Below are positions 10,065 through 13,182 of a stretch of DNA of 13,182 nucleotides, piece by piece; position 1 is the first letter of the stretch, and the number at the start of each line of letters is the position of its first letter. A model generated the notes under the pieces. It did no database searches. It worked only from the letters and a program-made list of their open reading frames with translations, and was not told the DNA's origin. This stretch comes from Azolla caroliniana (lineage: Eukaryota; Plantae; Polypodiophyta): assembly GCA_043228905.1 (NCBI GenBank), contig JBHGNT010000984.1, forward strand, positions 1 through 13,182, read 5' to 3'. The position numbers and the translations under genes are program-made.

Positions 10065-11174
10065 TCATTTAACTCTTCTTCTCCTATTAGTAGTATTAGG
10101 ACTATCAGATATTCCTACTGAAATAGACTCAGGTTTAGCACAATTAGAACTAGCAACTATTTGGTTCACCTGTCTTCTTGGCCTATGGGGACAGTTCACT
10201 GCAATATGCCCTGGTCCACCGCAATAAAGACATAGTCGATTTCCTCGGTGTCGCAACTTTTCTTCTTCCGATAATGGACCGCGCCGACGTGTAGTGTCAA
10301 TTTCCATCGTAGTTGGAGTATTCACTAGAGACGCATTATATGAATCCCTTGGAAAAGGTTTTGCTACCAATGAGGCGTAGGTGGGCTCTAATCTTGCCCT
10401 TGGCATCTGGAATTGAAGTTTCGAATGTTGTTCGAAAAGACGGTTGTCGCATCTCACCGCGCGACTGATTGCTTCTGTCAATGACTTTGGTTCTTCAGGG
10501 AAGGTCAAGAGTAAATCCTTGACATCGTTACGTAGACCATAACGAAATTGCTCCATAATTACTTGGTCATCCCAGGGGATATCGGAGGCGAGTAGGCGGA
10601 AATCTGCATCGTATGCGGAGGCTGGACGATCACCTTGACATAATCGTCGGATTTTGTTGATCGTTGTCCTTATGCTTTCAAAATCTCCAAAACAGGCTTT
10701 AAACTCACTTAAAAACTCTTCAAAATTGTTTAGTAAAGGAGATTCCTTTTCTAACAATGGAGCGAACCATGCCAAAGCTGAGCCACTTAACAACATGCCT
10801 ACTAAACCCACTCGTGATGCATTAGTGGGATATCAGGAAGGATGCATTTGAATGACTAATTGTACCTGATTAAGGAATCCTCTAAACTGCGATCGCATTC
10901 CATCGAATTTCATGGGAAGGCCGATCTTGGGTTCTTTATGAACCCCTTGTGTACTGGGTCCTTGTTGTTGCATCACGACTATGGTTGCTTCGAGCTGTTG
11001 CACGCGTAACGCTAATTCCCCATGTTGTTGTTGCGTCTGCTGCTTCTCTAAGGAGATTTATTGAAGCTCCCCCAATAGTCATTGATTTTCTTGTTCCAAT
11101 GCGAGAAACTTCTCTTTCAAGCAGTGCAACTCCGAAAAAACAGATTGATATTGTTGAGCGCTAACAATGGCCAT
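10065..11174 (-). pseudogene. gag: gag of element 2 (coiled-coil N-terminus, Ty3/sushi-type capsid, CCHC knuckle)
   Basis: The ATG at 11174 is in frame with ORF 10065..10811. It reads MAIVSAQQ...ENQ*LLGELQ*...EPKIGLPMKFDG...LLSGSALAWF...LCLYCGGPGHIAVNCP, with three premature stops (the last at 10833-10835). Confidence 0.9.
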
Positions 11175-11254
11175 AGTATGAGAGAAAAGAGGAATAAGAG
11201 ATTAGTATGAAGGGAGGGAGAAGTAAGAAGATAAAGGAAGAGAAGGAAGGAGAA

Positions 11255-11267
11255 CAAATCGGTTCAA
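11255..11267 (-). promoter_or_regulatory. Self-priming PBS of element 2 (complementary to the LTR R-region start, not to a tRNA)
   Basis: Minus strand TTGAACCGATTTG lies 2 nt inside the 5' LTR end, lacks the TGG tRNA signature, and is a perfect 13-nt complement of 11482-11494. Confidence 0.85.
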
Positions 11268-11363
11268 ACTGTCAAGAACAGTATTAAGACAGAGAAGTAC
11301 TGTCAGGCACAGTACTAAGACAGAGAAGGAATTAGTACTCAAGAAGGAAAGAGTGAGTGAGTC

Positions 11364-11366
<3 letters not shown>

Positions 11367-11410
<44 letters not shown>
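11367..11410. repeat. (GA)22 microsatellite within the 5' LTR
   Basis: 44-bp perfect GA run; the equivalent site in the 3' LTR has (GA)7 at 6818-6831. Confidence 0.97.
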
Positions 11411-11414
<4 letters not shown>

Positions 11415-11531
11415 TAATAAGAAAAGATATATATTATGTTAAGAGAATATACAATAGTAGTTAGGAGGCTTAAGACTGGCGTTGAACCGATTTGGTTCGA
11501 AATAATGCCTTGTGCCTCCTTTTATAGTGTT

Positions 11532-11584
11532 CTCAAGAGTACTCCTGAAGTTTCTAGAATGTTCCAGAGAAATCTAGAATATAC
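11532..11584. promoter_or_regulatory. Heat-shock element (nGAAn) array upstream of the LTR TATA box
   Basis: Perfect GAAgtTTCtaGAAtgTTC at 11547-11564, with in-phase degenerate units on both sides. Confidence 0.65.
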
Positions 11585-11710
11585 ATCAATTTTCTATAGT
11601 AAGACTTAAATGAAAATAATATCTTTCGTATTACAACATATAGTCTAATGGTCAAGAGCTCGACCCATGTAACATAAGGTCATGGGTTCGAGTCTTGCTA
11701 TATCATGACA

Positions 11711-12510
11711 GTTGAGAGATCATTATTCCGACTGGTGTCCGAATTACATCAATGCCTAGGAAGTAGTGGAGCTCATGTAGGTCTTTCATTTCGAATTTGC
11801 CGGAGAGAAGTGATTTGACCTTGTTAATCTCGGCAAGATCCTTTCCTCCGATGACCAAATCATCCACGTATAGGATGATGATAATTGGGTTGTCCAACTC
11901 GTTTCGGATGTAAAGAGAATTATCATATTTTGACATCCGAAATCTGATTTGATGAAGATACTACGTGATCTTCGAATGCCACACAAGTGGTGCTTGTTCG
12001 AGTGGCTTCTTTAGTCAGCATTGGGCATTCGGATGATTACATGATTCAAAACCATGTGGTTGGATCATGTACACTTCCTCTTCTAATTTGCCTTGAAGAA
12101 AGGTGTTCTTGACGTCCATCTGGTGGAGGTGTCACCCTTTCGCTACTGTGATTGCAATCACGGTCCGCACAGTTGTCATCTTTGCCACCAGGGAAATGGT
12201 CTGTTCATAGTCAACTCCATGTGTTTGTGCATATCCTTTTGCAACGAGCCGTGCTTTGAAGCAATTTATGGAGCCGTATGCATTGTGTTTCACTTTGTAA
12301 ATCCATCAACAGCCAATCGCTTTCTTGTGCAGAGTGTGAGGAACGAGATCCCATGTCTCATTTTTGCATAGGGCTTTCATTTCTTCATTTATCGCGTCGA
12401 CCCATCGCGGATCCTTTATAGCTTCAAAACGGGTTTCCGGCTCCCGTATTGATGCTACCTTCATCATAAAGGCGTAATAATACGCCATGTACTCTTCATA
12501 GCCGTAACGT
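11711..12510 (-). pseudogene. Ty1/copia reverse transcriptase fragment (host element, upstream piece)
   Basis: Reads RYGYEEYMAY...EPET...W..AINEEMKALCKNETWDLV...KARLVAKGYAQTHGVDY...[12 protein letters not shown]...EEVYMIQP...LYVDDLVI...FEMKDLHELHYFLGI, with stops and a frameshift. It is continuous with 6098-6714 across element 2. Confidence 0.94.
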
Positions 12511-13182
12511 TGTCATGAAGTTTCCGGCACAGTGAGAAACCGGGAGATATTGGAGGGATCGGTGAGGTGCAACGTGTGCACCCATCCTTGTAAATTTGTA
12601 TAGGGAATAGGGGCGCCTTTATGGCGCCGAACGACAATAATTACGGGACAGAGAATCCCATGTATCGTGGGTTTATCTCACATTCCACACGACCCTCACC
12701 TTGTTCTATAAAAGGGGGGGCACGCCCTTTGTATAGGGGTTCCCAGTTTTTTGCTTGGGTTCCAATTTTCCTCTTTCTCTCTTCAGGCTCTATCCTGATT
12801 TGTATGCTTTAGGGTTCACAGAGTTCCCCTCTGTGGGTTCCATTGTTGTTCCTATGTAATATAACACAATAGTTTCTGTTCTACTTCTGTGTCTTCTTCC
12901 TTTCTTCTTGTTCTCTTTACTCTGTTTCTATTAGGGTTTTTGTGTGCCCTTTTTGAAGGTCTTAAGTTCTGTTGAAGATGTGAGTTCGTGCGCATCTGTG
13001 TGTGTGTGTGTGGGTGTTAAGGTGTCTTCGTTGTCGTTTGTGGTGAACTGCGCACTCGGTTGTCTGGTAGCAAGCTCCCTCTTCTCTGGCGTGCAAGACC
13101 CACAGGAGACAGAGAGCTGAACACTGCTGGTAGGCGGTTTGGCAGCAAGAGGTGGTCGTTCAAGAAAGGGGGTGTGCCCTGC
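12511..13182 (+). mobile_element. LTR of a third inserted retroelement (element 3; 5' or solo LTR), truncated by the window edge
   Basis: Copia coding stops abruptly at TGTCATGAAG (12511). TATAAAA is at 12707. It shares TGTCRTGAAG, TGCAC (offset 67 in both), ATAGGGAAT and TAATATA motifs with the element 1 LTR. The expected TSD is AACGT (12506-12510). Confidence 0.72.
12997..13012. repeat. (TG)8 microsatellite
   Basis: Direct reading. Confidence 0.9.

Larger units (their letters stand above)
6715..11710 (-). mobile_element. Chromovirus (Tcn1/Tf1-sushi-like Ty3/gypsy) LTR retrotransposon, element 2, 4996 bp, non-autonomous
   Basis: Two TG...CA LTRs, a perfect 5-bp TSD GTTGA (6710-6714 and 11711-11715), and gag-PR-RT-RH-INT-chromodomain order. 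Removing it restores the copia frame (MISQ|QHYIL). Confidence 0.96.
11270..11710 (-). repeat. 5' LTR of element 2 (441 bp including a duplicated 31-bp terminus)
   Basis: tgtca... at 11270 and again at 11301, ending catgaca at 11710. TATAAAA lies at 11526-11520. Confidence 0.93.

Noticed and set aside
10065-11174. Domesticated PEG10/RTL-like gag gene
   Set aside because: It has three premature stops and lies inside an LTR- and TSD-bounded element.
11634-11706. Functional tRNA gene
   Set aside because: A/B boxes are present but the acceptor and anticodon stems do not pair, so it is reported only as a tRNA-like module.
198-12510. Prokaryotic RT system (retron, DGR, group II intron) or a single hybrid element with several RTs
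   Set aside because: All RTs are LTR-type with RNase H, and the TSD and the restored copia frame show simple nesting.
12621-12812. 63-aa ORF with hydrophobic tail
   Set aside because: It spans the TATA box and T-rich region of the putative LTR and is likely a compositional artefact.

Overview
This 13.2 kb window is entirely a nest of decayed eukaryotic LTR retrotransposons, most likely from a non-seed land plant such as a moss (plant-type tRNA-Trp PBS, Tcn1-like chromovirus, Ylt1/Phygy-like gypsy). No host gene was found. The oldest layer is a Ty1/copia RT-RNase H region on the minus strand that survives as two pieces (6098-6714 and 11711-12510), about 1.4 kb in total, cut by three insertions. 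(1) A GC-rich non-chromovirus Ty3/gypsy on the minus strand (<1-6097) has its 5' LTR at 5441-6097, a tRNA-Trp PBS, and gag-PR followed by RT-RH-INT in the -1 frame. (2) A 4996-bp chromovirus on the minus strand (6715-11710) has both LTRs, a GTTGA target-site duplication, a chromodomain and an internal deletion in RT. (3) A plus-strand LTR starts at 12511 and runs off the window. All coding regions are pseudogenised, mostly by C-to-T nonsense changes. The most interesting signals are cis-acting: a GGAUUUU-UAG -1 frameshift cassette between PR and RT in element 1, and, in element 2, a Tf1-type self-priming PBS, a phased heat-shock-element array next to the TATA box, and a tRNA-like A/B-box module at the LTR end.
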